Shown here piece after piece: positions 1 to 13,600 of a DNA stretch of 64,000 nucleotides. Origin of the DNA: Eledone cirrhosa (lineage: Eukaryota); contig OZ024740.1 of assembly GCA_964016885.1 (NCBI GenBank), positions 410,564,001 to 410,628,000 on the forward strand. The letters run 5' to 3'. The notes under the pieces were generated by a model that searched no databases, was not told where the DNA came from, and worked only from the letters and a program-made list of their open reading frames with translations. Made by a program: the position numbers and the translations under genes. Position 1 is the stretch's first letter. Each line of letters begins with the position of its first letter.

Positions 1-140
1 CACTGATTTCCGTGTGCAGTATAATTCACCTCACAGCCGAGGTTTTATTGAGACGAATCAACATGGAAAAACAACCGACACGAAAACAATGCAATACAGT
101 GATGCTATGCATTAGTTTATCGTTTAATGTATTAGGAGAA

Positions 141-183
141 AGAGTCTTATTATTTCGGATTTCAGTCCTTCATTGGAAGCTCT
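141..183 (-). ncRNA. degenerate minimal hammerhead-like motif
   Basis: Minus strand reads AGAGCTT-CCAATGA-AGGACTGAAATCC-GAAAT-A-ATA-AGACTCT. The HHR layout is present but the CUGAUGA core is mutated. Confidence 0.3.
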
Positions 184-650
184 AAAGAAAGAAAGAATAA
201 ACTGAATGATAAATGAGACTAAGAAAAGAAAGAAAACGGGAACATTTTTCTTCAGGAGCAAAGCACGTGTGTACTTTGTAAGCCATTTTGAAAAATTGAA
301 TTTCGTGTATCGGAGAGTTATAGGAGGGGAAGTAAATATTGAGGAGTTAGGAATAAATGTATGTGCACAAATGTTGGTTTATTTGTAAAAAGATGTGATT
401 GACAACCAATATAAAAATGCAAATCGTTTTCCGCCGATATGAACTGCTCGATATTAGACTTAACCAGGTATTTGAATGGTTTTCGTTGGGGATTTATAAA
501 TATGGACAGCAGAGTGTAGTAGGAATTAACAGTCGAAGGCAGCTAAGCATGAGAATCATGTCAGTCAGGGATTTTCAGCTAGGGGTAATGTCTGCGATCC
601 CTACCTAATATCAGAAATACATGCATAAAATGGGGGATAAATATAAGTTA

Positions 651-744
651 TTAATTGTTTCTACTTTTGACACAATGCCAGCAATTACCCAGTGCATTAC
701 TGGTACTTTAATTTATCGACCCTGTAAGGATGAAAGGCAAAGTT
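651..744 (-). mobile_element. octopod-type SINE, partial copy
   Basis: Shares CAGCAATTACCCAGTGCATTACTGGTACTTTA..TTTATCGACCC.GTAAGGATGAAAGGCAAAGT with the copies at 23.1, 23.6, 34.2 and 38.1 kb. Confidence 0.75.
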
Positions 745-891
745 ATTAATGTCAAAATATCATACACAGTGATTGAAGGTAGGTATGTCACCACATGTCT
801 GAGAATGGAGACGCATTGAAACGTCAATACTGTCACGTCAATCTAATAACTACATATTTTGACAAGGGTTTAATAGCTGCCAAATATATAA

Positions 892-2078
892 AATAATAAT
901 AATAATGAAATTATTGTGTAAAGTGCTCAGGTGCACTACAACTCGTCAATATAGTACATAGAATAATACACAAATGCCAGGGAAGTACATGTTTGTATGT
1001 GTTAGCTGTAGTGTTGGCGGATCTCGGGAAGCATGGAGGCCTTAAAGGATGCAGCGTCTCGACAGCTAACAACTGATGCAGGTAGTTTGTTCCATGCTTC
1101 AGCAACTCTGAGCGTGAAAAAATGTTTCCGAAAGTCATGGGAACTGTGCTGTTTTCTTACTTTGTGGGCATGTCCACGTGTGTTAGACACATGGAAATCG
1201 AAAAGGCACTCAGGGTTGTTGTTGGCAACATGGTTAACAATTTTGTGGGTGTTTACCAAGTCAGTTGCCAGGCGTCGGAGCTTCAATGAATCCATGCCCA
1301 GGGAAGCAAGGCGATCAGAGTATGGTAGATGCCTGATGGAGGGTATTCGCTTGGTTGCACGTCTCTGAACAGTTTCCAGGCGGTCAATGTCCTGAGCAAG
1401 ATAGGGGTTCCAGACTGGTGATGCAAATTCTAAGTGTGGTCGCACCATAGCTGTATACAGCCTTAAATAGATATCTGGAGAGCGGCTGACAAAGGTCTTG
1501 CTGAGTGATGCTAAGACACCCTCGGCCCTCTTGACAATTTTAGAGACGTGCCTCGTCCAACGCAAATCGCTGCTGACCGTAATGCCCAGGTCACGTTCAC
1601 AGGAAGACTTCTTGATATTAGTGCTGTGGAGGGAGTATGTGGACGCTGGGTTTTTACTCCCAAAATGCATGGTGGTGCACTTGTCCACAGCTAGCTTGAG
1701 TTGCCAGTCTGAGATCCACTGTTGCATTGTGTCCAGGTCAGACTGCAAGCAAGATCTATAGTGTTCAGGATCTGTCCTTTTTATCTCAAGGTACAGCTTG
1801 ATGTCGTCTGCGTACTTTAGTACTGTGGCATTCCTTAAGTTGGCATCTATGTCATTAATATATGCCACAAACAAAAGGGGGCCAAGAACAGATCCCTGAG
1901 GTACACCAGATGACATCTCATATGGTGAGGAATGCTGTCCCAGAACCGTGACTACCTCTCTTCGACTGAGAATGAAGGACTTCAACCAGTTAAAAAGATC
2001 ATCCTTCACACCCATTGCAGAGAGTTTTGCCATAAGCCTTTTGTGCGGCACAGAATTGAAGGCCTTCGCAAAGTCAAA
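892..2078 (-). mobile_element. 5'-truncated CR1-group (CR1/L2-like) LINE: RT C-terminal half, 3' UTR and (ATT)n tail
   Basis: ORF 1002-2144(-) has DFAKAFNSVPH, SGVPQGSVLGPLLF, YADD, ERDLG, YTAMVRPHLEFASPVW and RKHFFTLRVAEAWNKLP. It ends in a short 3' UTR and an (ATT)n tail at 892-905. RT homology begins near 2078. Confidence 0.93.
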
Positions 2079-2517
2079 TATGTGATTATACTCTATATTG
2101 ATTACATAAGGGCCTCTCATTTTGAAATAAAAAATTTGGTCCATTATTTAGCGTCGAGTTAATATCTATAGAGGGATGGGGTGGTGGGGGTGGGGTGAAA
2201 TGAAAGAGAAATGAGAGAGATGGATTTATAACAATATAAGTGGCTACAAGTACATACGCCTGTTTTTCTCTGCTATTCATGTAAGTAATAAAAGAAGAAG
2301 CCATCCATCCATATATATACATATGTATATATATATATGTATATATATATATAAAGGTTTACATATATATATATATACATACATATACGTGTTTGCAACG
2401 GGTCACTTTGTGGCTCAATGAAAAGTTAATAAATTAAATAATCAGAGCTATATATCATAAAACATGTCTATAGGAAATGGTATATATTTTATCTGGTGAT
2501 TCTATAGACATGTTTTA

Positions 2518-2572
<55 letters not shown>

Positions 2573-3011
2573 AGTATTCGTCGATATAATGATTTTCACA
2601 ACAATGGTTTTCTCCTATTAGCCAGTGGTTGCTTATTTTATTTTTGTAGATACCATTCTTAATACAATGGCAAAAAGTCGTTTGCCATTCAGCCACCAAC
2701 AGTCTGCACTGGTATCAGAATCCAATGCTCTTGTGCCGTGTTCTTTTGTAAAGCATGTATAATTTCTAACATCACTTCCGCTAAAATCGATTAAGCCGTG
2801 ACAACATTTTCAGACAATATCTAACTACAATGATGCGTACACACACACTTATTCACACGCACACACACATACACATGCACACACATACCACATACACATA
2901 CACACACTCACAAACATACGCAAATATACATGTATATTATATAGACATATACATATACACATGTACTGTATATATATATATATATATATACACACCCATA
3001 CACCCAAACAT

Positions 3012-3083
<72 letters not shown>

Positions 3084-3159
3084 CACACATATACTATATA
3101 TATGTGTATGTGTGTGTGTGTGTATATACATATGTACATTCATATATATATATATACAT

Positions 3160-4169
3160 ATAGAATTCACAGGAATCAAGATTATGTTCAAACCATTTAT
3201 TAGCTTACAATTGTTTTATCCAAACCGAGGCTTGGAGTCTTCGGATCATTTTACAATGTTTGTATACATTCATGACCTCCTTTCCAACGCAAGAGACATA
3301 CAGATACATATGTATATATTGATGTACAGTGGGGTGACATATATTATATTATTTCTGAATGGCAATTTAAATTCAAAAATTAAAATCATATTAAAACATA
3401 TTAAAACAGAATCAAAGCAAAATTAAAATTAAAATACAACATCGGCAGTTAACGTAGATAATGCAAGAGGATAGTTTGTTAGTCAGTTGTAGTAGTTATT
3501 GTATGCATTAGTTACACGTGGGGCATGCACGTGTCTTATTTATATATGATTATTGTGCGGCAAGCACTTTAAGCGGGTAATTAAGAGTATTATGGAGGTT
3601 GTAGTGGTAAGGTATTTTTTGTGTATGATAAAGAAGCTTGTGTGCAGAGAAATAGTATACATGAGTAATAAGGTAGTAATAAATTACTGTCTTTCACTGT
3701 GTGCAGAGAAATAGTATACATGGTAATAAGGTAGTAATAAATTACTGTCTTTCACTGTGTGCAGAGAAATAGTATACATGGTAATAAGGTAGTAATAAAT
3801 TACTGTCTTTCACTGTTTAGGGTTTAAAATATATATAACTATAAAAAGTTTTAGTATATACATAACCATAAATAGTATCCTTAATACTATATATATATAC
3901 ATATATATTTATATATATACATGCACACACACACATATGTGTATATATATATATATATATATTTATAAAAATAACAGATTAAAGTTTAAGCAAAGAATCG
4001 CTGCTTTCACCTTTAACGGGATCTTCTGAAAGATCCCGTTAAGGGTGAAAGCAGCGATTCTTTGCTTAAACTTTAATCTGTTATTTTAATAAATATTTGC
4101 TCTACGGTTCTTATATATTTGATATATATTTATCGTTATCGAGCCCTCTTTGGATTTTAGTCTTCAAAT

Positions 4170-4255
<86 letters not shown>

Positions 4256-4284
4256 CATATATACTTATATATATATATATATAT

Positions 4285-4361
<77 letters not shown>

Positions 4362-5700
4362 ATATTAAGGATACTATTTATGGTTATGTTAATACTAAAA
4401 CTTTTATAGTTATATATATTTTAAACCCTAAACAGTGAAGGTCAGTAATTTATTACTACCTTATTACCAGTAAGATAAATAGTTCATATGTAATATCATC
4501 AGAGCAGTTATATAGAATTCACAAGAATCAAAGCTATGTTCAAAGCATTTATTCACTTACAATTGTTTCATCCAAACCTAGGCTTGGAGTCTTCGGAGCA
4601 TTTTTCAATGTTTGTACACATGATTGACCTCCTTTCCAACGCAAGAGACATACAGATACATATGTATATATTGATGTACAGTGGAGTGACATATATTATA
4701 TTATATTTCTGTATAGCAATTCAAATTCAAAATCAAAATCACATTAAAACAAAATCAAAGCAAAATTAAAATACAATCGGCAGTTAACATAGATAATGCA
4801 AGAGGATAGTTTGTTAGTCATATGTAGTAGTTATTTTAGTTATTTTATGCGTTAGTTACAAGTGGGGCATGCACGTGTGTCTCATTTATATATGATTATT
4901 GTGCGGCAGGGTGTTACATGTAATAGAAGCACTTAAAGCGGGTAAGTAAGAGTATTATGGAGGTTGTAGTGGTAAGGTATTTTTTGTATATGATACAGAA
5001 GTATGCGTGCAGAAAAGTAGTATAAAGGAGAAGCAAAAGAAAGTTATGGTTTTTGTATCCACAACCATTTTCACATTCAAGAAACGTAATATATAGTTTA
5101 TACATCCTTCACATAATTAACGATGATTTCGCATTGGATGTTTGATGCATTAAATTAAATTACTTTAGCTTGCTGCGGCTTTAATACAATTTTATAGAGC
5201 AGCTTGTTTCTGTTGCGAGAATTTACATCGGTTTATTATCCGGAAGTATGTGTGTGATTAAGGGGAGTTAATGCGTAAGGGGAGGTAACTAGCTGATTTC
5301 TATAACTAAATTTATTATTCCAACATACATTATAAGGTGTCTCAATTGAGTCCCTTATATAGACGGTTATATATTCAGTTTCCAATTTTAGGTATCCTAT
5401 TTTTAATTACAGTCTACTCTATCATGAAGTACTAAAGGTATCTATATTAGGATGATTACTCCCTATAATAGAGTGCTACAACTGAATATTCCATACACAG
5501 AGCCACATCTTTATATCAAAGATCCTTGGAAATGTAGTCTACTCACAGTACCTGTCAGGGGACCTATTAGACCTATGTCTATATAACCCTTGGTAAGCTC
5601 TGGGGCAGCGTATGGCTGACTGCATGACAAAGCTAAATACATCTCTAGGGCGGACCAAAAAGGTCCCCTTACGCATTAACTCCCCTTAATCACACACACA
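3160..5700. repeat. composite repeat, probably PLE terminal-repeat derived
   Basis: Direct repeats at about 3160-3660 and 4512-5020. Three ~58-bp tandem units at about 3639-3815. Inverted repeat at about 3780-3885 vs 4362-4469. Short inverted repeat at 5251-5283 vs 5665-5697. Confidence 0.7.
3968..4087. repeat. near-perfect 120-bp fold-back between (TA)n tracts
   Basis: Arms 3968-4025 and 4030-4087 with a CTGA loop. The right arm continues as AAGATCCCGTTAAGGGTGAAAGCAGCGATTC, which is HHR-like. Confidence 0.85.
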
Positions 5701-6187
5701 TACGGCCAACCTTCTATACATTTAAATATATATATACAGTATATATATCTATATATACACACACGCTCATACATACGCATATATACATACTCACATACAT
5801 TCACATACTTACATGCGTATACACACATATATATACACACTTAGGATTTTTTCATTCTGATGAATGAAAGCAAATAACGTTTGCTTTCAAGAAACCATTG
5901 GTAAACGAAATAATTATCTTATGTTGTTCATTAGATAACAATATGTATATATATACACATATATATATACACACACATACATACATACACACACATATAT
6001 ACACAAACGTAAACTCACACATGTCCACACACACATACGAACACATACGTACATAAACATTGCCTACAAACGTACCTACACCCCCCCCACACACACATAT
6101 ATATATATATATACATATATACACACAAAAAAGAAAAAAGGACAACTTAACATGCATACGCACATCCACACATATACATACAAATAC

Positions 6188-6230
<43 letters not shown>

Positions 6231-6234
<4 letters not shown>

Positions 6235-7404
6235 GAAAGAGAGATATATTTTAACTTTAATTATATCTCTAAAATAATACAACTGGCTTTCCACAAAATA
6301 CATATAGTTAGCACCCCAAACACTTAAATTGGGTTATACTAACATATAACCTAATGTTTGTTGAGTGAGATGGTTACCAGTCGGAGTTTAGCGTTAAGCT
6401 ATCTCTGTTATTGTATTAATTATATTACTCTTGATTTGGCCAGAGGTACTTATTTCCAGGTACCTTATAAACATGACTTTCTGTATTTGTTACTGTTGTG
6501 AGATGTGGAGGTTTTTTGGTTGTCACTTCTCTGCCTTTAGCCTAGGAAAATATATATATGCGTGTGTAAATAATTACATGCATACATTTATTTTTTTTAA
6601 TTAATTGAGTTCTTAACACGTGAAATAGATAATAGTTTTAAATAACTAATTAACCCGCGTGTATTAAATATTTTACTCTTAATTTGGCCAGAGATTTACA
6701 TTCCTAATTGCCTTTAAAGCGTAACCTTCAGTATTTGCTGCGGTGATGTGACGTGATTTATTATTTTGGTATAACCTCTGGTTTTAGCCTAAGAAAATAT
6801 CTATATGAGTGTGTAATTAATACACGCATACATTTATTTTTTTAATTTCAATTGAGTTCTTAACACGTTGGATTAATAATGTTTTTGAAAAAACTAATTA
6901 ACCCGAGTGTATATTATTTTTTTCTTTTCTCGTGTCGTGGTTGTCTCCCCTTCCCGCTTCGTGACGCTATGAAACTTCCTCAGTCAAAAGACTGCTGGAA
7001 TTTCAAATTTGGCGGTCATTTGATGCGTGAAGGAGCAGCTTAGCGGACACGATTTTTAACTGCGGTAAGAATTTTTTCTTATTTCAAAGTTTAATGGGCT
7101 TCCACTGAAGATTTATAAGTGCCCACCTAAATATATTCTTACATGAATATATGTTAGGCTTCTACATAAACTGGATATATTCTCCCAACTTGTAGAACAC
7201 TTATAATGAAAGAATTGTTTGGAAAGAGAGATATATTTTAACTTTAATTATATCTCATAAAATAATACAACTGGCTTTCCACAAAATACATATAGTTAGC
7301 ACCCCAAACACTTAAATTGGGTTATACTAACATATAACCTAATGTTTGTTGAGTGAGATGGTTACCAGTCAGAGTTTAGCGTTAAGCTATCTCTGTTATT
7401 TTAT

Positions 7405-7410
<6 letters not shown>
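6231..7410. repeat. element with ~190-bp terminal direct repeats, bounded by (TA)n
   Basis: 6231-6420 matches 7219-7408. Internal divergent duplication at about 6425-6670 vs 6672-6915. A diverged relative lies in reverse orientation at about 36775-37070. Confidence 0.7.
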
Positions 7411-7469
<59 letters not shown>

Positions 7470-7629
7470 TATTTAAGTATCGAGAGAGAGAAGACGAGAT
7501 AGGCGATAGATGTAGTTATTTGCCAATAGCATATGCAGAGGGTGCTCAATACTTGTGCCTGCAGTGTTAAATATTAGAAGTGTTAATATCTAGTGGGCGA
7601 GAATATAAGCTGACCGGATACACGTGGAG

Positions 7630-10234
7630 AAGTATACAAAGGAGAACAAACCGTTAAAACATGTTTATTTAAAACACCACCTACGTACGTTTCGCTCGAA
7701 AGGGATTCTCAAGGGCATAAAAAGCTAAAGAGTGTTCCTTACGTGATCCAGAAGGGGTTTTAAAGATAAGTTCACATCACAGTTCATTCTTCGTAAAAAA
7801 CATGTATTGAATTTGCAGTAGATCAAAGGAGATAACTCTAGCCGGTGTTAGAGTAGTGTTCCCCAGGCTATTTGTTACCCGTTAGTATTTTGTGGATACT
7901 GCTTTACCATTGTCGATTCACGCAGGGTCAGGGATGCAAGGTTACTTTCCAGATGTTTGTTTGCAGCGCCTGCCCAAAGGGGTCGATTCACGCCGGGTCT
8001 GGGATGCATGGTTAGTTTCCAGATGTTTTTTACAGCGCCTGCCCGCCGGGGTGTTAAGATTTGGTGCAGGGTGACCCGGTTTACGGTTTTCACGCCTCAT
8101 TCTTATTCCATATGGAGTAAGAGATACTTAAGCGGTGCGTGCAGCTTATCACTGTTTCTGCTCTGCTGTTGATGAGCTCATACGGTGCCGTTATGATATG
8201 GTAAAGCTCCATGAGGCAAAGCTCGCACTCCTCTTTAAATTGTACGGTGATGCCCTGCCTACAATTTCCCAGTGCGTGGATAAGCTGATGTTTGAGTCTT
8301 TTAATGCTGTGATGTTTGAGTCTTTTAACGCGAGCGAAGTGGAGTGTCTTAGTTTCTTCTTTGCGAAAGAGTGGAGATGTGTTCGAAATCTATTTTTGAA
8401 CGGGCCAGAGGTAGCCCCTATATAATGCTTAACACTATTATGGCTAGTTACCGTGCACCTATAAATAACCTTATCAGTCAGGCAACTTCCCCTAAGGGGG
8501 CAGCGTCCCCTGTCACGACAGTTGCATTTTCAGTCGCAGTCCCTTCTAGTTCCCAAGGTAAGGCTATTATTATTGTTATCTATGTTGTTACCCACGCCTC
8601 TATACCTGTCGTTAGTACCATTATATCCCACTGCGTGCGGGGTAGTACCATTATCACTCCGCACGCCGCAACGCCTTCTGTTGGCGTCGGGTGACCCGTA
8701 TGGGTCACCTGCATATTCACCAGTCATGTCGTGGTTATGTTGGTTGCGTCTGTTGTGGCTGTTGCCAGCAGTATTGGGTGCTGCTAGGGAGTCGTTAAGG
8801 CCGATATGGTTGTTGTCAGGTCTAGGTGTATCGGTGCTTGGGTGCTGTGTTTTGGTGATATTACTGTGATTAGTTGTTCCTATGATCTCTGCTAGGTTAG
8901 GAGTAGTAGAGAAGGATATTTCTATATTGATCCTATTAAGGATTTTCCTATATTTATGGTTGAGTGGGAAGCTCTTTTCTAAGGCTTCGAAGAATATCCG
9001 GGGTATGTCGGAGGCCACACTCGGAGAGTAGGGAGGATGAAACCATAGGACGTTACGGTGGCGATTCCGTGTCTTTGTATGTTTGCTAAGGGTTGTGCTG
9101 TCAGGGTGACTGTTCTTATGCATCTTATAGTGCTGTAGCACGTTATGTGTGCCTTTCGCTTTATGCTCGGGTGCACTCGGCTTCCTTCTGTTACGTATAG
9201 CAAGACGCTGGTTGGAAGGCGTTGGTAGTAGGCCATCGCCTTTGTTGATCTTATAGTAGGGGAATAATTCAAGTAGGCTACAGTGGTCACCGTCAACGGG
9301 GTCGTGATCCTTATTGTGTGATAGGCCTTCTACACCATCGCTTGTCTAATTGACGTTGCAGCCGTGTTACTTAGTGCGATTCTCTATACTATTATTTCTG
9401 ACTCTTTCAAAGCCGCGGCGCGTTCGGTTATAGGTATGGCTTACTATAACATTAGTCATATGAGAGGGGTGGTTTCTGGAGCTAGCATTAGGGATGTAGG
9501 AGATTATTCGGTTAAATCCGTCACTTAGCAAGGCCTTATTTTAGTAATCTGTCGCTTGGTTGAAGATATCCTCATTGGCGGAGAGCCTCGAGATCCTATG
9601 TGGAATGCTATAAGCTATGGAGTTGAGAGTCTGCTTAGGGTGGTTAGAGGCATAATTAATATAAGATAGACTCTCTCCGGGCTTATGCTATGGCTTGTAT
9701 AGGCCCGTACTCAACTCCAGGGTCACGTCCAGGAAGTTGACAACCTGGTGGTTGAGGTCCATAGTTACGGATAGGCTGTATGACTTGAAGAACCTGTGTA
9801 TGTGCTTGTTAAGATTCTCTATCCTGCGGGGGCTATGGTTTCTAACGGTAAACAGGGCGTCGTCTCTATATACACCTCTTTGTAGGATCGGTATCTCGTC
9901 CCTAAGTCTATGGAGGAGGTATATTCCGACCAGGTCGGTTGCTTGCGCCGAGTCGCTGGACCCCATCGTGATATCGAAGCTATCAGGACGGTTGGTTCTG
10001 GTGAACACTGCTCTAACACCGGCTTGAGTTATCTCCCTTGATCTACTGCAAAATCAATACATGTTTTTTACGAAGAATGAACTGTGATGTGAACTTATCT
10101 TTAAAACCCCTTCCGGGTCACGTAAGGAACACGCTTTAGTTTTTTATGCCCTCGAGAAACCCTTTCGGGCGAAACGTACGTAGGTGGTGTTTTAAATAAA
10201 CATGTTTTAACGGTTTGTTCTCCTTTGTATACTT
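7630..10234 (-). mobile_element. Penelope-like retroelement (Nematis-like), 5'-truncated, frameshifted, with inverted pseudo-LTRs
   Basis: RT motifs FDITMGSSDSAQATDLVG, GVYRDD and VNFLDVTL (9688-10008), then WFHPPYS (8530-9141). A CNCRDRGRCPL linker and GIY-YIG (VIYRCTVT..HYIGATSGPFKNRFRTH) lie at about 8200-8530. 7630-7861 and 10003-10234 are inverted copies. (TA)n tracts lie on both sides. Confidence 0.9.
10147..10186 (+). ncRNA. variant minimal hammerhead in PLE pseudo-LTR (second copy on minus strand at about 7677-7716)
   Basis: TGCC-CTCGAGAA-ACCC-TTTC-GGGC-GAAAC-GTAC-GTA-GGTG: palindromic loop 3 (GTAC), GUA triplet, atypical core. Confidence 0.5.
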
Positions 10235-10237
10235 TTC

Positions 10238-10307
<70 letters not shown>

Positions 10308-10310
<3 letters not shown>

Positions 10311-10625
10311 GATGGCTGCAAACTTTGCTAAGAATATTGCAATCGCTTGTCAGATTCTAGAGTTTGGTGCACTTTTAGGCTACGACCAGCCACACGAACC
10401 TGTAACATACCTTGAACAAGCAATGCCTGTGCTTTGAATGTTTTTGAAGTGGGGAAAGGCCTTACACTCGACCAATCCGATTCTCTGAGAATCGAAAACA
10501 CTACCCTAAAAGGACAACTGGTCAACATCATCGGGTGCTTCCGAAGCCGCAGCTTTTTTCTTTCAGAGTTTCCTTCTTCTAGAAAGGTGTTGTGACAACA
10601 ACTGGAGGCCTTTCACTCGTAGGTG
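10308..10625 (-). mobile_element. RTE-derived non-autonomous element fragment
   Basis: Starts TGATGGCTGCAAACT next to (TA)n, like 14441, 15483 and 38686. Contains CAGAGTTTCCTTCTTCTAG, the reverse complement of an RTE 5'-UTR-like CTAGGAGAAGGAAAACTCTG motif (recalled, not searched). Confidence 0.5.
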
Positions 10626-13600
10626 AAAAAAAAATTATATATATATATTGTTGATACGAGTCGTGTTTTAATTTACTGGTCATTTTACATGGCAACAAAT
10701 ATATATATATGAATATACAAGGGCAACGACCACCATCCTGCTGCAGCACGCGTAGTACGAACGTTTTATATTACTCTATATATGATACACTAAATCGTAG
10801 GAATGGAAAGTATGCAATTTAAGAAAGAACGCGGTATATTTGTAATGTAGAGTATTTAAAATTAAGAAGTATATTTGAGGAGCAGCAGACGTGCTTCGCT
10901 AATTTCATAACTCATCATCGAAAATTGAACCAATTTATTCTGTGTCATCGTATTTTTATTCGCTGTTTTGCCTGGAATCGTCAAATACCGATTCTCACCA
11001 AAAGCCATTTTGAATTATAAATTTAGAAGGTATCACAAACTGTATTAATAGTCTCTTAAACTCTAATTAAATCTGTGATCCTGTTCTAATTTATTACTTT
11101 GCAGTTCTATTAAATTATAATTAATCAGTGTAATAGACTAGGTAATATAGTGGTTCTAGCAAATATATGGTGGTCACTTTTCGAAAACAATTATCGACTG
11201 ACAAGTAGGTCAAATCTGATATGAAGTTTCTTAAAGTTTTTTGACATCAAAGTAAATATGTACAATATATTTGTAGTTTTGAAACTAATTTTGATTTTAT
11301 AATATTGCGAGAAATAAGTTGATTGTCAACAAAGGTGTCATATAAATAGAATGTTAGAATAAAAGATCCTAAAATCTTCATGTGTATGCAATTATCGGTA
11401 TGACAACATTCAAATACGGTATGTTTTAAAGTTAATTAACTTATCGGAGAATAATTTTTATCTTAATAACTGTCTATTGTATACTGTGGCAATATAAATA
11501 TATTTGTAAAAGTATTCAAGGATATATGAATCAGAGATTTTGGTTGAATTTGTATTATATATACATATAATTAATATGTGTGCTGGTTAGAGCAAGTATT
11601 AATAACACAGTTGTAAAAGCCAGCGCTCTACCAACGAAAACCAATTTGCGACAAGAAAATTTGAGCTGTGATACAGAATTGTATTTCTAGATTAAACCTC
11701 ATTTTTGCCATAGTGTTGTTTTATGCGCCGGGAGTTGTTTTAATGCTAACATTTATTTTAATCTGTTTAGAGATTTTATTGAATGCTTTTGTTAGAAGAA
11801 AATGCATGAATTGCTATTTTAGAGAATATGTAAAATTGAAACAAGCCTATATTAATAATGTTTGTGCGAGTTAGATAATACATTAATAATAAGATGAATG
11901 CATAAAATGAAAACTTGTTGACATATTTTCTATAATATATTTTTGCGATGTCATTTATGGATGATTTTTACTATAGAGATTGAAGTGCACACGTTTATGT
12001 AGTTTCACATCTGCTTCTTCATTCCAAGATAATATAAACCAGTTTTCAAAGAATATTTTGAAATATGATTTGCTTTTATTAAAAGGTAATTTATTTATTT
12101 ATATGTTTATATACACAATACAATTTCCTTAATACTTGTTTCATTTCTCTTATGTTTGTCTTTTTCTTTGTTTTCTTTTCCCTGAAAATAATGAATTATT
12201 TAAAAACTAAACTTCTATCGTTCAATACATACTTTTCATTACATATTGTTTACATTTTTAATGTAACCTTTTCTACAGACCCTTTAAATGAACAATAATT
12301 TTAAATAAAGTTTTTGTGTTATTGCTAAAGAAATTAGAAGATTGGAACTGATTCTAAATCAGTAAATTATATGAGGTCAGCAGGTATTCTTTTATAATAC
12401 TCTACTTCGTTTTAGAAGATATATAAATTTCTTGCTTTTTTGTATAATATTACAAAGGTTATGGCCTTGTTTTGTCATGATTTGTTTCAGAATGATGTTA
12501 AAGTGAGCAGAACCAGTTAACATGAAACAGTTCGGTAATAAGGATGGTATGTGGTTTTTGTATGCGTTAAATACACGGTACTAATCCTTAAATGTCTTTA
12601 AAAGCTGATCCCAGCATTATCGAGATAATATTTATGGATTATGTCAGATATTATATAACGAATGTAGTGCTCACTCGACTTTGAACTTTATCAGCCAATC
12701 CCATTAATGGAAATCTGTCATGCTACCAAATTTCCTTTTGTAATCTCTGCGGTGTGTCTTGTGTATGAACACTAGCATCTGGTCATGTGCATACTCACTA
12801 GCGTCAGGTTTTGCGCGTGCACACTATCGTTGGGACCTGCGCATTCCCCCTGGATTGGTGTCTTTAAAAATATACAAATTTAATTTCGAGCAGAGATTGA
12901 GATTCAAACCTTAGTCATATAACTGGACCGACTTGCGACACTTACCAGGCATTCCTACACGCCCCCTAACTGTAGATTGAATAATTGATAAGCATACTTG
13001 ATCGATCTTCGACCACTTAATTGGGGTCTCTCTGATGAGACAACTACATACACATACACACACACAGATATATGAATGGGGTACAGTCCATCTTTTTTAT
13101 AAGACGCTACTTTCCAATTTCAATTTTGTATAAGGCTTTTCTCATATTTTCTTAAAAGGCCTTTAAGAACGTTATCATTCTAAATGGACTGTCGAAGACT
13201 TATCGGCAAAATGAGAAGATGGTAAAAAAGCAGTTGATACTGGTAAGTAGTCATGGCTTCAACAGCAGATGCATATAAATTTACACATCTAGAGCTTAAA
13301 GAATTGTTATTCCAAATCCGGTGTACCGTCACCACTACCTATTTGAAATTAGGGTGAAATGATTTAATGAATCGTTAGTTCCATTATTTCAATATTTGGC
13401 ATAAGGTTATCTAATGATCTTTCGAAAACTAAGTGAATTGGTGTGAAGAAACGTTATTGGTTACTCTGGCTTTCCCCTGACTCTCAAGCCTGATTTCCGG
13501 ATGGATACTTTCAGCCACCGCTCGGTAACTATTTCTGCTTGCAAGCTAAACATAGTGAGAGACTAGACGCTTTGAGAGATTTGGGGAACATCCAAGCATT

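Noticed and set aside
1033-1761. Plus-strand ORFs overlapping the LINE
   Set aside because: They are antisense shadows of the CR1-group RT ORF.
3639-3815. Three regularly spaced repeats resembling a CRISPR array
   Set aside because: The units are contiguous with no unique spacers, the context is eukaryotic, and there are no cas genes.
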